This document shows positions 9,936 to 19,323 of a stretch of DNA of 64,000 nt, piece by piece; within the stretch, counting starts at the first letter, position 1; each line of letters starts with the position of its first letter. The notes below the pieces were generated by a model. The model searched no databases and had not been told where the DNA came from. It saw only the letters and a list, made by a program, of their open reading frames with translations. The translations under genes and the position numbers were made by a program. The DNA is from Clostridia bacterium (GTDB taxonomy: Bacteria > Bacillota > Clostridia > TANB77 > CAG-465). The stretch is from the NCBI GenBank assembly GCA_045611765.1, contig JAZKXT010000012.1, positions 7,759-71,758 of the forward strand, read 5' to 3'.

Positions 9936-11045
9936 ATGAAGGATGAAAAGATATCTATATTTCAAACTATAGCTATATATATTTTGGTTTCGATAGTTCC
10001 AGTAGTAAGATACTTCCCTATAATTATGACAGGGAGTGCCAGAAAAGGTGCATGGGTTGCCGCACTCCTTTCTATAATACCAAATATAATTTTGGTATTT
10101 ACGCTAAATATTATTATGAATAAATTAAAAACAAAAGACGGAAGAAAAATAGAAACATTAGCCGATGTATTTAGTACGGTTTATGGGAAAATTATAGGAA
10201 CAATTATTACAATGGCGTATCTCTTATGGACAATATTATTTGCTGCAGTTGAGTTGAGACTGTTTGGAGAAAGATTAATCTCTACAACTTTTACTTATGC
10301 GCCTATTGGTTTTTTTATAATAACAATGTTAATATTAGTTTTCTTTGTGGTAAGAGGAAGAGTCTCTAATCTAGGTCGCTTTGCTGAACTATTTTTAGAA
10401 CTCTTTATGATAATAATTGTATTTGTTTTAATAACAGCGTCACCTAATTTTAAGTTTAGTAATTTTTGGCCTGTGACAACGTACAACGTGAAAGGAATAG
10501 CAATAGGAATTTTGAGAGGGACAAATGTATTTAACATGTTTACTTTTTCAATGTTTTTTGGTGATAAAATAAGTGACAAAAAAAATATTAAAAAAACAGG
10601 AATGTTTGCAGCTATAACAACAGCAATTCTTGGACTATTTGGAATAATTATTACACTAGGAACCTTTGGTGAAGATTTATTACCAACACTATCACAACCA
10701 TTCTTTATGGCACTAAAAGTTATTAATTTATTTGGTGTATTGGAAAGAATTGAAGCGCTATTTATTACGTTTTGGGTTGTTGCAGACTTTGTCCTTATTG
10801 CATATAACGTCCTTATTGCAAGTAATATTTGTAAACAAAAATTTGGATTATCTGAAAGAAGAATAGCTGTAACACCTATAGTATTTATAATATTGATACT
10901 TGCCTCGATTATAGCTAACAATTACTTCTCTTTGCAGGTAATATTTATAAAATACTTGTCTCAAATAAGCTTGGCATTAGGACTATTTGTTCCAATTATA
11001 ACTCTAGGTATAGCTAAGGTAAGGAAGCTAGTTGTAGACAATTGA
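9936..11045 (+). CDS. spore germination protein, GerAB/GerKB family (B subunit, amino-acid-permease-like)
   Basis: About ten transmembrane segments. N-terminal (KISIFQTIAIYILVSIVPVVRYFPI) is typical of GerXB. Confidence 0.8.
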   Translation: MKDEKISIFQTIAIYILVSIVPVVRYFPIIMTGSARKGAWVAALLSIIPNIILVFTLNIIMNKLKTKDGRKIETLADVFSTVYGKIIGTIITMAYLLWTILFAAVELRLFGERLISTTFTYAPIGFFIITMLILVFFVVRGRVSNLGRFAELFLELFMIIIVFVLITASPNFKFSNFWPVTTYNVKGIAIGILRGTNVFNMFTFSMFFGDKISDKKNIKKTGMFAAITTAILGLFGIIITLGTFGEDLLPTLSQPFFMALKVINLFGVLERIEALFITFWVVADFVLIAYNVLIASNICKQKFGLSERRIAVTPIVFIILILASIIANNYFSLQVIFIKYLSQISLALGLFVPIITLGIAKVRKLVVDN

Positions 11046-11144
11046 TTTTTGCCACTTTTAGTTTATAATATAAAGGAATTTAGTGGGAGAGAATTAAACA
11101 AATTTGTCAAATTAAAAAATATTAAACTTAAGGGAGAAAATATT

Positions 11145-11507
11145 ATGAAAAAATGGTTAAAGCGGATAGGAGTTGGGCTATGTTGTGCGTGTGCAAGCTT
11201 TGTTATTGTGAGCATAATGCACAAGTTAGTGTTTGCCTATGATGATTGGCTATATAGAAGCGTAATGATGAGTGCGCCATGGTTTGTAATTACACTATTA
11301 AAGTATTATTTTATTGTAGACAAAGGATGGAAACAATGGAAAATGATGCTTACAGTCGCTACTACAACCTTAATTGCTACACTGTTTATTGCGGGAGTAT
11401 GCTTATCTCGTGTGGACTGTTGGTCGGAAGCAATCTATTTCACATTTTGCTTCGCTTATCCAACAGTTACAATACCACCAAATGATATATATAACACAAT
11501 TAAATAA
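11145..11507 (+). CDS. hypothetical membrane protein
   Basis: Ribosome-binding site GGGAGAA followed by ATG. Three to four predicted transmembrane helices. No recognisable family. Confidence 0.4.
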   Translation: MKKWLKRIGVGLCCACASFVIVSIMHKLVFAYDDWLYRSVMMSAPWFVITLLKYYFIVDKGWKQWKMMLTVATTTLIATLFIAGVCLSRVDCWSEAIYFTFCFAYPTVTIPPNDIYNTIK

Positions 11508-11543
11508 AATGACTACAAGATAATTTCTTGTGGTCATTTTTTA
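11508..11543 (+). terminator. rho-independent terminator
   Basis: AATGACTACAAG-loop-CTTGTGGTCATT stem followed by TTTTTT. Confidence 0.65.
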
Positions 11544-11619
11544 GCGCTTTTTGTCAACCGATGTCACAAAATATGTACAAAAATGTAGAAATGGTGTATA
11601 ATATGATTTGGAGATAGAA

Positions 11620-12540
11620 ATGAAAAGTGAAATTATAATGATAAGTATATTTATAGCACTGTTAATTATAACAACAGTATTTGCTATAAATGTAAATGAA
11701 GAACAGGAAACAAAATTTAATATTGTAACATCTTTTTATCCGATGTATATAGCGGTTCTTAATATAACAGATGGAGTAGATAACATATCTGTAAAAAATT
11801 TAACAAGTGATATGGGCGGGTGCATACATGATTATGTGCTTAGCACAACAGAGCTTGTTAAACTTGCAAAGGCGGATATCTTAATTATAAATGGGGCAGG
11901 AATGGAAGGATTTATGGATAAGGTTATATCTAATTTTAATGCTTTAGACATAATTGATTCATCAACAGGAATAGATGTTATACATAATGAATGTGATGAG
12001 GAACATCATAGCCACGAAGGCCATAGTCATGAAATAAATACGCATATATTTGTAAGTGTAAGAAACTATATAAGACAAGTACAAAATATTTGTGATAGGC
12101 TCATGAAAATAGACAGTGTAAATATGGACAAGTATAAAGAAAATACAGAGGCATATATAGGGAAATTACAAGAATTAGAAAGAGAAATTGGAAGTGTTAT
12201 GAGTAGTGTTAAAAATAAAAATATAGTAACGTTTCACAATACTTTCGATTATTTTGCCAAGGATTATGGATTGAATGTAATTGGAACTATAGAAAACGAA
12301 CACGGTAAAAATCCAAGTGCTGGAGAAATAGCAGAACTTGTAGAGAGAATAAAGAAAAATAATGTTCATGCAATATTTGTTGAACCAGAATATAATGTGA
12401 AAATTGTAGATGCTATTGCTAAAGAAACGGGAGCAAAAGTATACACATTAAATCCTGTAACTTCTGGTGAAAATAAAAAGGATGAATATATAAATATAAT
12501 GAAGGAAAACTTGAGGGTGCTTAAAGAAACTTTAAAGTAG
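11620..12540 (+). CDS. znuA: metal (Zn/Mn) ABC transporter substrate-binding protein, ZnuA/TroA family
   Basis: Cluster-9 substrate-binding-protein fold motifs and a His-rich loop (ECDEEHHSHEGHSHE) typical of zinc-specific ZnuA/AdcA. Confidence 0.8.
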   Translation: MKSEIIMISIFIALLIITTVFAINVNEEQETKFNIVTSFYPMYIAVLNITDGVDNISVKNLTSDMGGCIHDYVLSTTELVKLAKADILIINGAGMEGFMDKVISNFNALDIIDSSTGIDVIHNECDEEHHSHEGHSHEINTHIFVSVRNYIRQVQNICDRLMKIDSVNMDKYKENTEAYIGKLQELEREIGSVMSSVKNKNIVTFHNTFDYFAKDYGLNVIGTIENEHGKNPSAGEIAELVERIKKNNVHAIFVEPEYNVKIVDAIAKETGAKVYTLNPVTSGENKKDEYINIMKENLRVLKETLK

Positions 12541-12551
12541 AAAGGAATATT

Positions 12552-13277
12552 ATGAAAGAAAAATGTAATCATTGTTGTACTAAAATAGACAAGCTTACAG
12601 TAAAAATAGATAATAACAAAATATTAGATAATGTATCACTTCATTTGCATTGTAATGAAATAACAATGCTTGTAGGTAAAAATGGAGCGGGTAAATCTAC
12701 ATTAATTAAAGCAATGCTTGATGAAAGAGAATATACAGGAAATGTAAGTTTTACAAGTAAACATGAAGGACATATAAAACTTACGATTGGTTATGTGCCG
12801 CAGAAGCTTGAAGTAGAATCTTCTCCAATGAGTGTATATGACTTGATTTGTAGTTCTACAAAAGGTCCAGCAGTATTTTTTAGAAAGTCTAAGAAAAAAT
12901 ATGAAGAAATACAAACTCATTTAAAAGAATTTGGTGCAGATAAGCTTATAGATAAGAGAGTATGTGATTTGTCTGGTGGTGAACTTCAAAGAGTTTTAAT
13001 TGCAATGGCAACAATGCCATATCCAGAATTGTTAATTATGGACGAGCCTGTAAGTGGAATAGATGCAAAAGGTAAAAAAGAATTCTATAAATTAATAAAG
13101 AAAATAAAAGAAAAACATGATATAGCAATACTTCTTGTTTCACACGATTTTGAATATATACGTGAATATGCAGATAAAGTTGTACTTTTAAATAAAAAGG
13201 TATTAACAACTGGAACTCCAGAAGAGGTACTTTCATCAGCAGAGTTTATGGAAGAATTTAAAGTGGGGATGGTGTAG
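12552..13277 (+). CDS. znuC: metal ABC transporter ATP-binding protein
   Basis: Walker A GKNGAGKST, ABC signature LSGGELQRV, Walker B LLIMDEP. Confidence 0.85.
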   Translation: MKEKCNHCCTKIDKLTVKIDNNKILDNVSLHLHCNEITMLVGKNGAGKSTLIKAMLDEREYTGNVSFTSKHEGHIKLTIGYVPQKLEVESSPMSVYDLICSSTKGPAVFFRKSKKKYEEIQTHLKEFGADKLIDKRVCDLSGGELQRVLIAMATMPYPELLIMDEPVSGIDAKGKKEFYKLIKKIKEKHDIAILLVSHDFEYIREYADKVVLLNKKVLTTGTPEEVLSSAEFMEEFKVGMV

Positions 13278-13279
13278 TT

Positions 13280-14116
13280 ATGGAAGTAATATATAATATA
13301 ATTGAGACAATAATACCATTTTCATTTATGGAATATGAATTTATGAAAAATGCATTTTTAGCATTAATAATTATAGCACCACTATTTGGTATAGTTGGTA
13401 CCATGATAGTAAATAACAAAATGTCATTTTTCTCAGATGCGTTAGGACATTCAGCCTTAACAGGTATTGCGTTAGGAACTATAATAGGAGTAAGCAACTA
13501 CTCTATATCAATGATAATATTCGCGGTATTGTTCGCATTATTATTAAACTATATTAAGAACAAAAAAACAGCATCTACCGATACCATAATAAGCGTATTT
13601 TCATCATCAGCAGTTGCTATTGGTTTAATGTTAATGTCTAAATATGGTGGTATAAATAAATATTCACAGTATTTAGTAGGAGATATTTTAAGTGTAACAT
13701 TACAAGAAATATTACTTCTTGCTATAATTCTTTTGACTACGATAGTAATATGGTTTAAATTATGTAACAAACTTGTAGTAACAAGTACAAATCCAACTTT
13801 AGCAAAGAGTAAAGGAATAAATGTAACACTCATAGAAAATATATTTGGTGTGCTTATAGCAGTAATTGTGATGCTTACTATAAAATGGGTGGGAATATTA
13901 TTAATTAATGCATTATTAATACTTCCAGCGGCAGCAAGTAGAAATATATCTAGTAATATGAGACAATATACAATTTATTCAGTACTTATTTCATTATTTA
14001 GTGGAATATCTGGACTAATATTATCATTTGTATTTGAGATAGCAACAGGACCAACAATAGTTGTTATAAGTGCTATAATATTCTTTATAACATTTGTATT
14101 TAGAACAAAACACTAA
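13280..14116 (+). CDS. znuB: metal ABC transporter permease (ABC-3 family)
   Basis: Polytopic membrane protein immediately downstream of znuC, with a typical ABC-3 permease composition. Confidence 0.8.
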   Translation: MEVIYNIIETIIPFSFMEYEFMKNAFLALIIIAPLFGIVGTMIVNNKMSFFSDALGHSALTGIALGTIIGVSNYSISMIIFAVLFALLLNYIKNKKTASTDTIISVFSSSAVAIGLMLMSKYGGINKYSQYLVGDILSVTLQEILLLAIILLTTIVIWFKLCNKLVVTSTNPTLAKSKGINVTLIENIFGVLIAVIVMLTIKWVGILLINALLILPAAASRNISSNMRQYTIYSVLISLFSGISGLILSFVFEIATGPTIVVISAIIFFITFVFRTKH

Positions 14117-14135
14117 AAGCATTAATTTAAAAGCA

Positions 14136-14164
14136 TTGAACTTTACATAAAAATATGATATAAT
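14136..14164 (+). promoter_or_regulatory. sigma-A promoter
   Basis: TTGAAC at 14136–14141, a 17-nt spacer, and TGATATAAT (extended −10) ending at 14164. Confidence 0.5.
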
Positions 14165-14213
14165 ATACGTGTGTAAAATAATAAATCTGAAAAAAATTTG
14201 GAGGAAAGATAAT

Positions 14214-14465
14214 ATGATTATGAATAATAATATCAACATTACAAGTATTTCGGTTATTTTCAAACAGCGGATTAAGCCGGGAGTTTACACATTTGATGTT
14301 ATACTAATTGATCCTCCGTGCTGCGGTGCGGTTGTGGGAACTGTGATTAGAAATGGCCAGAAATACATAATGAATGTTCCCGGTTGGCTTGACAAGCAAA
14401 AGGATAAGATTGCCGAAACAACCAAGGATGCATACGATATGATTAAAGAAATGCTAGGAGACTAA
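14214..14465 (+). CDS. hypothetical 83-aa protein with a PPCCGAVVG motif
   Basis: GGAGGAAAG ribosome-binding site, then ATG at 14214. It has its own promoter and a terminator hairpin. Moderately GC-elevated. Confidence 0.5.
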   Translation: MIMNNNINITSISVIFKQRIKPGVYTFDVILIDPPCCGAVVGTVIRNGQKYIMNVPGWLDKQKDKIAETTKDAYDMIKEMLGD

Positions 14466-14471
14466 ACAAAA

Positions 14472-14498
14472 CCCCTAAATTCATTATGAATTTAGGGG
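14472..14498. terminator. bidirectional terminator hairpin (serves tyrS on the − strand)
   Basis: CCCCTAAATTCAT-T-ATGAATTTAGGGG is a perfect 13-bp stem; the U-run lies on the minus-strand side. Confidence 0.7.
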
Positions 14499-14505
14499 TC
14501 AAATC

Positions 14506-15747
14506 TTATTCAACAATAAGTTTTATAAATATTTTCTTTCCTTTTTTTAGAACTACGTAACCTTTTTCAAATGAATCCATGTGGATTTTGTGGAAAATGT
14601 CTGTTACTTTTTCATCATCAAGTGAAATACCACCTTGAGAAATTAAAGTTTTAGCTTCACCTTTAGATTTAGCTGTGTTTGATGCAACCATTACATCAAG
14701 TAAAGATATTGTATCATCTATAAAACTATTTTTGTCGAGTGCTACTTGAGGCATATTTTCAGCGTTGTTTCTATTTTCAAACAATTCTTCAGAAGTTTTC
14801 TTAGCTTCATTTGCAGCATCTTCACCGTGAACTAATTTTGTTATTTCATATGCCGCTATTTTCTTAGCTTCATTTATTTGTTCACCTTCAAGATTTGAAA
14901 GTCTATTTACTTCTTCCATTGGAAGGTATGTAAGCATTCTAAGTATTTGATTTACTTCTTTATCTCCAACATTTCTCCAGTATTGGTAAAATTCGTATGG
15001 CGTAGTTTTTTCTGGGTCTAACCATAATGCTCCTTTAACTGTTTTACCCATTTTAGTTCCGTCAGAATTTAAAAGTAATGGGCAAGTTAAACAGAAACTT
15101 CCGCTTTTGTGTATTTTTCTAATTAAAGATACACCTGCTAACATATTTGACCACTGATCATCTCCGCCAATTTGTACTCTACAATTTTCTGTTTCAAACA
15201 ATTTTAAAAAGTCATAACTTTGCATTAACATATAGTTAAGTTCAAAGAAAGTAAGACCTTTTTCCATTCTCATTTTGAAACATTCTGCATCAAGCATTTG
15301 GTTTACATTAAAGTGTACACCGTATGTACGGATGAAATCCATATAGTTTAGATTTAAAATCCAGTCAGCATTGTTAACTATAATTGCTGCATTTTCGCCT
15401 TCGAATGAAACGAATTTGCTAACTTGTTTTTTTATCTTCTCAACATTATTCATAATGTCTTCACGAGTTAACATTTTTCTCATATCTGACTTACCAGATG
15501 GATCACCAATTAAAGCAGTTCCGCCACCCATAAGAAGTATTGGCCTATGCCCATGTTTTTGAAAGTAAGACATAAGCATTAAAGGTATAAAGTGACCAAT
15601 ATGAATACTATCGGCCGTAGGATCTATGCCTAGATATACTGAAAACTTTTCCTCCTTTGCTAATTTTTGAAACTCATCTTCGAAAGCTATTTGCTTTATA
15701 AGGTCACGAGACTTAAGTTCTTCGTAAACTGTATCCAAATTTATCAC
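14506..15747 (-). CDS. tyrS: tyrosine--tRNA ligase
   Basis: HIGH motif (HIGHFIPL) and KMSKS-type KMGKT motif. C-terminal S4 domain. Confidence 0.95.
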   Translation of the reverse strand: MINLDTVYEELKSRDLIKQIAFEDEFQKLAKEEKFSVYLGIDPTADSIHIGHFIPLMLMSYFQKHGHRPILLMGGGTALIGDPSGKSDMRKMLTREDIMNNVEKIKKQVSKFVSFEGENAAIIVNNADWILNLNYMDFIRTYGVHFNVNQMLDAECFKMRMEKGLTFFELNYMLMQSYDFLKLFETENCRVQIGGDDQWSNMLAGVSLIRKIHKSGSFCLTCPLLLNSDGTKMGKTVKGALWLDPEKTTPYEFYQYWRNVGDKEVNQILRMLTYLPMEEVNRLSNLEGEQINEAKKIAAYEITKLVHGEDAANEAKKTSEELFENRNNAENMPQVALDKNSFIDDTISLLDVMVASNTAKSKGEAKTLISQGGISLDDEKVTDIFHKIHMDSFEKGYVVLKKGKKIFIKLIVE

Positions 15748-15882
15748 TCCTTTCTTAATTGCCTAATTTAGGTACAATTACATAAAAAGTATATCATAAA
15801 ATATATTTTTTTCAATGATATAATTGAAAAATGTTTCATTAAATGATAATATACTTTGTAAAGGAAAAAAGGAGATTAAACG

Positions 15883-16382
15883 TGGAAAAATTTAAACCAA
15901 CATATAGAGTAGCAAGTGTGGAAAAAATACCTTTTGTACTTCTTGAAAGAGATAATATAAAAGGATTAATATTTGACGTAGATAATACAATAGCAACTAT
16001 GGGTAAAGGCATAACCGAAGGATGCTATAAATGGATAAAAGAAGCTAAAGAACTAGGATACAAAATATGTATATTAAGTAATAGTGTAAACCTTAAAAAA
16101 GTTAGAAAAATAATGTCAGACTTGGGGGTTTTAGGGCTATGCTTTGCAAAGAAACCTAGCACAAAAGGTTTTAAAATGGCGCTTAATTTACTTGATTTAA
16201 AGAAGGAAGAAGTAATAATGATCGGTGATCAAGTATTTACTGATGTTTTGGGAGCAAATAGATTTGGTATTAAATCTATACTTGTTAATCCAATAAACAA
16301 AAAAGAGGGGCCTTTTACTATGCTGAAAAGACCATTTGAAAAAATGATACTTAAGAAATTGAAAGAGGATAAGAATGATTAA
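15883..16382 (+). CDS. HAD-superfamily (subfamily IIIA) phosphatase, YqeG-like
   Basis: Motif I LIFDVDNT, motif II ILSNS, and motif IV IMIGDQVFTDVLGANRFGIKSILVNPI. GTG start after a GGAG ribosome-binding site. Confidence 0.75.
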
Positions 16383-17151
16383 TTATATAATCGCGAGTGT
16401 ACTAGCACTTATTCTAGGACAAGTTACAGCGCATTTAATTAGAAGATTACCTGAAATAATTGAAGATGATGACGCTATAAAAAAATTAATACAAACATTA
16501 AAAACGGGTTTTAAATTCGACTATATATATAGCGCAGTATTGTGTATATTATTCAATTTAACAATATATTTTGTAGCACCTACATATATGGCCTACATAT
16601 ATATGATGCTAATATCTATGCTTGTAGTAGCATTAGTTATAGATTTTAAGATGCAACTTATACCAGACACGGTACAAGTAGTAGTGCTATTACTAGGAAT
16701 AATAGTAACAGCTATAGATTATACAAACTGGTTAGGACATTTAATAGGGATGTTGCTTGGCGGATTAATATTTGTTCTAATTGCTCTCTTTTCTAAAATT
16801 GTTTTTGGAAAAGAAGGAATGGGAATGGGAGATATTAAGCTTATGACAGGTCTTGGCTTAATGTTTGGAATAAAAGCATTACCTATAAGTATTATGGATT
16901 TCTTTTCTCAAGCTGAAGTAATATTAACCATAACAGTGATGGCATTTTTCTTAGCAGCGATAGTTGCTATTGTATTGATTGTGACTGGTAAAACAGAAAA
17001 GTCTCAATATATGGCTTTTGGACCATATATTGTAATTGCAACCATACTCATAATATTCTTTGGTACAGAACCGTTTTTAGATGCATATTTTAATGCATGT
17101 ACATGGCTTGCAAATGGATTTACAGATATAATGTTTAAAATAATAAATTAA
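16375..17151 (+). CDS. prepilin (type IV) leader peptidase, A24 family
   Basis: Polytopic membrane protein with a catalytic-region motif (GMGMGDIKLMTGLGLMFG). No N-terminal Cys4 zinc-binding domain is apparent. Confidence 0.7.
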   Translation: MINYIIASVLALILGQVTAHLIRRLPEIIEDDDAIKKLIQTLKTGFKFDYIYSAVLCILFNLTIYFVAPTYMAYIYMMLISMLVVALVIDFKMQLIPDTVQVVVLLLGIIVTAIDYTNWLGHLIGMLLGGLIFVLIALFSKIVFGKEGMGMGDIKLMTGLGLMFGIKALPISIMDFFSQAEVILTITVMAFFLAAIVAIVLIVTGKTEKSQYMAFGPYIVIATILIIFFGTEPFLDAYFNACTWLANGFTDIMFKIIN

Positions 17152-17166
17152 AAAAGAGGTGAACGT

Positions 17167-18015
17167 ATGAAATTTGGACCGGCTGGAAATGCAGAAAGCT
17201 TTTATGAAGCAGGATATAAAAACTCAGAGCAAATGCCTAAATACTTAAGTGAAATAGGACTTGATGCATATGAATATCAATGCTCTAGAGGAGTAAAGGT
17301 TTCTGATGAAAAGGCTGCGAAAATAAAACAGGAGGCAGAAAAATATAATATTTCTCTCAGTGTGCATAGTCCATATTATATTTCTTTATCTACACAGGAG
17401 GAAGCAAAACAAATTAGTACGATAAAATACATAACGGATTCTATGGCAGCAGCAAAGAAAATGGGGGCAACAAGAGTGGTTGTTCATGCTGGAGCGTTAT
17501 TAGGACTAGATAGAGAATATGCAGTTGAAAGTGCCTGCAAACTATTAAAGCGAGCTTTAGATGAAGCGGATAGGCTGGGATTAGGAGATATAACAATATG
17601 TCCTGAAACTATGGGTAAGATAAATCAATTGGGAGATAGTAAAGAAATAATCAAGATGTGTAAAGTAGATGAAAGATTAATTCCTACGATAGATTTTGGA
17701 CATCTTTACTGTAGACATATTGGAGCGTTAAGGACCTGTGAAGATTTTGAAAAAGAGCTTCAAATGTATATAGACGAATTGGGATATGAAAGAATGAAAC
17801 ACTTTCACAGCCATATGAGTCAGATGGAGTACACCGTAAATGGTGGTGAAAAAAATCATGTTACTTTTGCAGATGAAGGATTTGGACCGGATTATAAAGA
17901 GGTAATAAAAGCTATAAAAAAATTAAATCTGGAACCTGTTATAATATGTGAGTCTGCAGGTACACAAGCAATAGATGCAAAGACTATGAAAGATTATGCT
18001 AATTCCTTAGATTAA
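17167..18015 (+). CDS. xylose-isomerase-like TIM-barrel protein (AP endonuclease family 2; endonuclease IV-like or sugar-phosphate isomerase-like)
   Basis: Pattern ...SLSVHSPYYISL...ATRVVVHAGA...ICPETMG... resembles the metal-binding β-strand ends of Endo IV / TIM barrels. Confidence 0.45.
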   Translation: MKFGPAGNAESFYEAGYKNSEQMPKYLSEIGLDAYEYQCSRGVKVSDEKAAKIKQEAEKYNISLSVHSPYYISLSTQEEAKQISTIKYITDSMAAAKKMGATRVVVHAGALLGLDREYAVESACKLLKRALDEADRLGLGDITICPETMGKINQLGDSKEIIKMCKVDERLIPTIDFGHLYCRHIGALRTCEDFEKELQMYIDELGYERMKHFHSHMSQMEYTVNGGEKNHVTFADEGFGPDYKEVIKAIKKLNLEPVIICESAGTQAIDAKTMKDYANSLD

Positions 18016-18043
18016 TTAAATTAATTTAAGATATATTTTATAC

Positions 18044-18078
18044 AAAAAGCTCCGCTATTATAGCGGAGTTATATTTTT
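18044..18078. terminator. bidirectional terminator
   Basis: AAGCTCCGCTAT-TA-TAGCGGAGTT hairpin flanked by A-runs and T-runs between convergent genes. Confidence 0.65.
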
Positions 18079-18102
18079 ATCTATTCTCAATGGTTATCTA
18101 AA

Positions 18103-18681
18103 CTATTTCTTTTTCTTTTTTTCTACACTGAATCCAAATCTCCCAAGACGCTCACCAAGAGAATAATATTGACCGTGTGAGTAGGCTAAAAGATTACATG
18201 ATTCCATATCAAAACGACCAGATTCGTCCAGATATTTTTCATCAACATTAACAGCTAATATTTCAGCCATAAACATATCGTGTGTGCCTAGTTCCTTAAT
18301 TTCTTTTACACGGCACTCTATGTTTATAGGACATTCCTTTATCATAGGAACGTTTACTTCAGAACCAGGTTCTTTAGATAAGTTACATTCTTTAAATTTA
18401 TCTATGTCTCTTCCGGATTTAACACCACAAAAGTCTACTGTACGTGCTAAGTTGCTACTAGCTAAATTTATTACAAACTCACCGCTGTTTTTTATAATAT
18501 CGTAAGAATGTCTTTCTTTTCTAACAGATATATATGTCATTGCTGGGTCGGTACATATTATTCCGGTCCAGGCAATAGTTAGTATATTGCTATTTTCCAT
18601 ATCGCCGCAAGAGACCATAACTGGCGGTAATGGATATACCATAGTGCCTGGTTTCCACTTTAATTTGCTCATTATTAACAC
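18103..18681 (-). CDS. flavin reductase-like (FMN-binding split-barrel) protein
   Basis: N-terminal MVYPLPPVMVSCGD...NILTIAWTGIICTDPAMTYISV is typical of the flavin reductase-like domain. Confidence 0.65.
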   Translation of the reverse strand: MLIMSKLKWKPGTMVYPLPPVMVSCGDMENSNILTIAWTGIICTDPAMTYISVRKERHSYDIIKNSGEFVINLASSNLARTVDFCGVKSGRDIDKFKECNLSKEPGSEVNVPMIKECPINIECRVKEIKELGTHDMFMAEILAVNVDEKYLDESGRFDMESCNLLAYSHGQYYSLGERLGRFGFSVEKKKKK

Positions 18682-18729
18682 CTCATAAAAATTATATCAT
18701 AAAAAGAAAATAAAAATAACAGTTATAAC

Positions 18730-19203
18730 TTAATTAGTTAAAAAATCTGGTGTTTTTACAAATGTATTAGCTGGAGCTGTAATTTTATCTATGCTTTTTA
18801 TTTCTATAACAGGCATATCTGTGGTGTAATAACCTTTAACTATAGTTCCAGTAATTTCTACCCATTCAGCGTCGGCAAGCTCGATATTTTGGTTGTGAGT
18901 ACATAGAAAACCCACCACTTTTTCTTCGCCGTCTAGCAACATGTTCCTTCCACAAACGAAGTAGTTGCTTTTAAAATCTGGAAGCCTAAATACAAATCCA
19001 GAAAGTTTTATGCTTTTTCCAACATTGCCGTCTATATTGTCATGGACACTTTTTAAAGTTTCTGTAAAATTCTCTTCGTTTAATACGTAATCGAATGCGG
19101 TAGAAGAGTCGTTTTTTAGCATACTATTTATTTCAAAAAAAAGTGCAACTATAACAATAATAACAGCGGATATAATTAATATTTTTTTTACATTTAATTT
19201 CAT
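18730..19203 (-). CDS. hypothetical exported or membrane-anchored protein
   Basis: N-terminal transmembrane/signal anchor (ILIISAVIIVIVALFF); no recognisable family. Confidence 0.4.
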   Translation of the reverse strand: MKLNVKKILIISAVIIVIVALFFEINSMLKNDSSTAFDYVLNEENFTETLKSVHDNIDGNVGKSIKLSGFVFRLPDFKSNYFVCGRNMLLDGEEKVVGFLCTHNQNIELADAEWVEITGTIVKGYYTTDMPVIEIKSIDKITAPANTFVKTPDFLTN

Positions 19204-19289
19204 ATTAAAAACAAACATAATTCACCTCAAAAGTTAATTATTAAATACTATTCATAAGATGAAAATATTATGATAAAAAACATGAAAAT

Positions 19290-19316
19290 AGCCAAGACGA
19301 AATTTCGCCTTGGCTG
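19290..19316. terminator. terminator hairpin downstream of the 19324–19920 gene
   Basis: AGCCAAGACG-AAATTT-CGCCTTGGCT, flanked by an A-run on one side and a T-run on the other. Confidence 0.55.
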
Positions 19317-19323
19317 TTTTGTG

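Noticed and set aside
11279-11485. A 68-aa ORF inside the 11145–11507 membrane protein gene; the other 60–100-aa alternative-frame ORFs across the window are similar
   Set aside because: It is an overlapping alternative frame with no ribosome-binding site. The containing ORF has coherent transmembrane topology.
11545-11619. A Zur box or a clean σA promoter upstream of znuA
   Set aside because: Only a weak TTGTCA…TGTATAAT arrangement is present, and no AAATCGTAAT-N-ATTACGATTT-like palindrome was found. This is noted as an absence rather than a feature.
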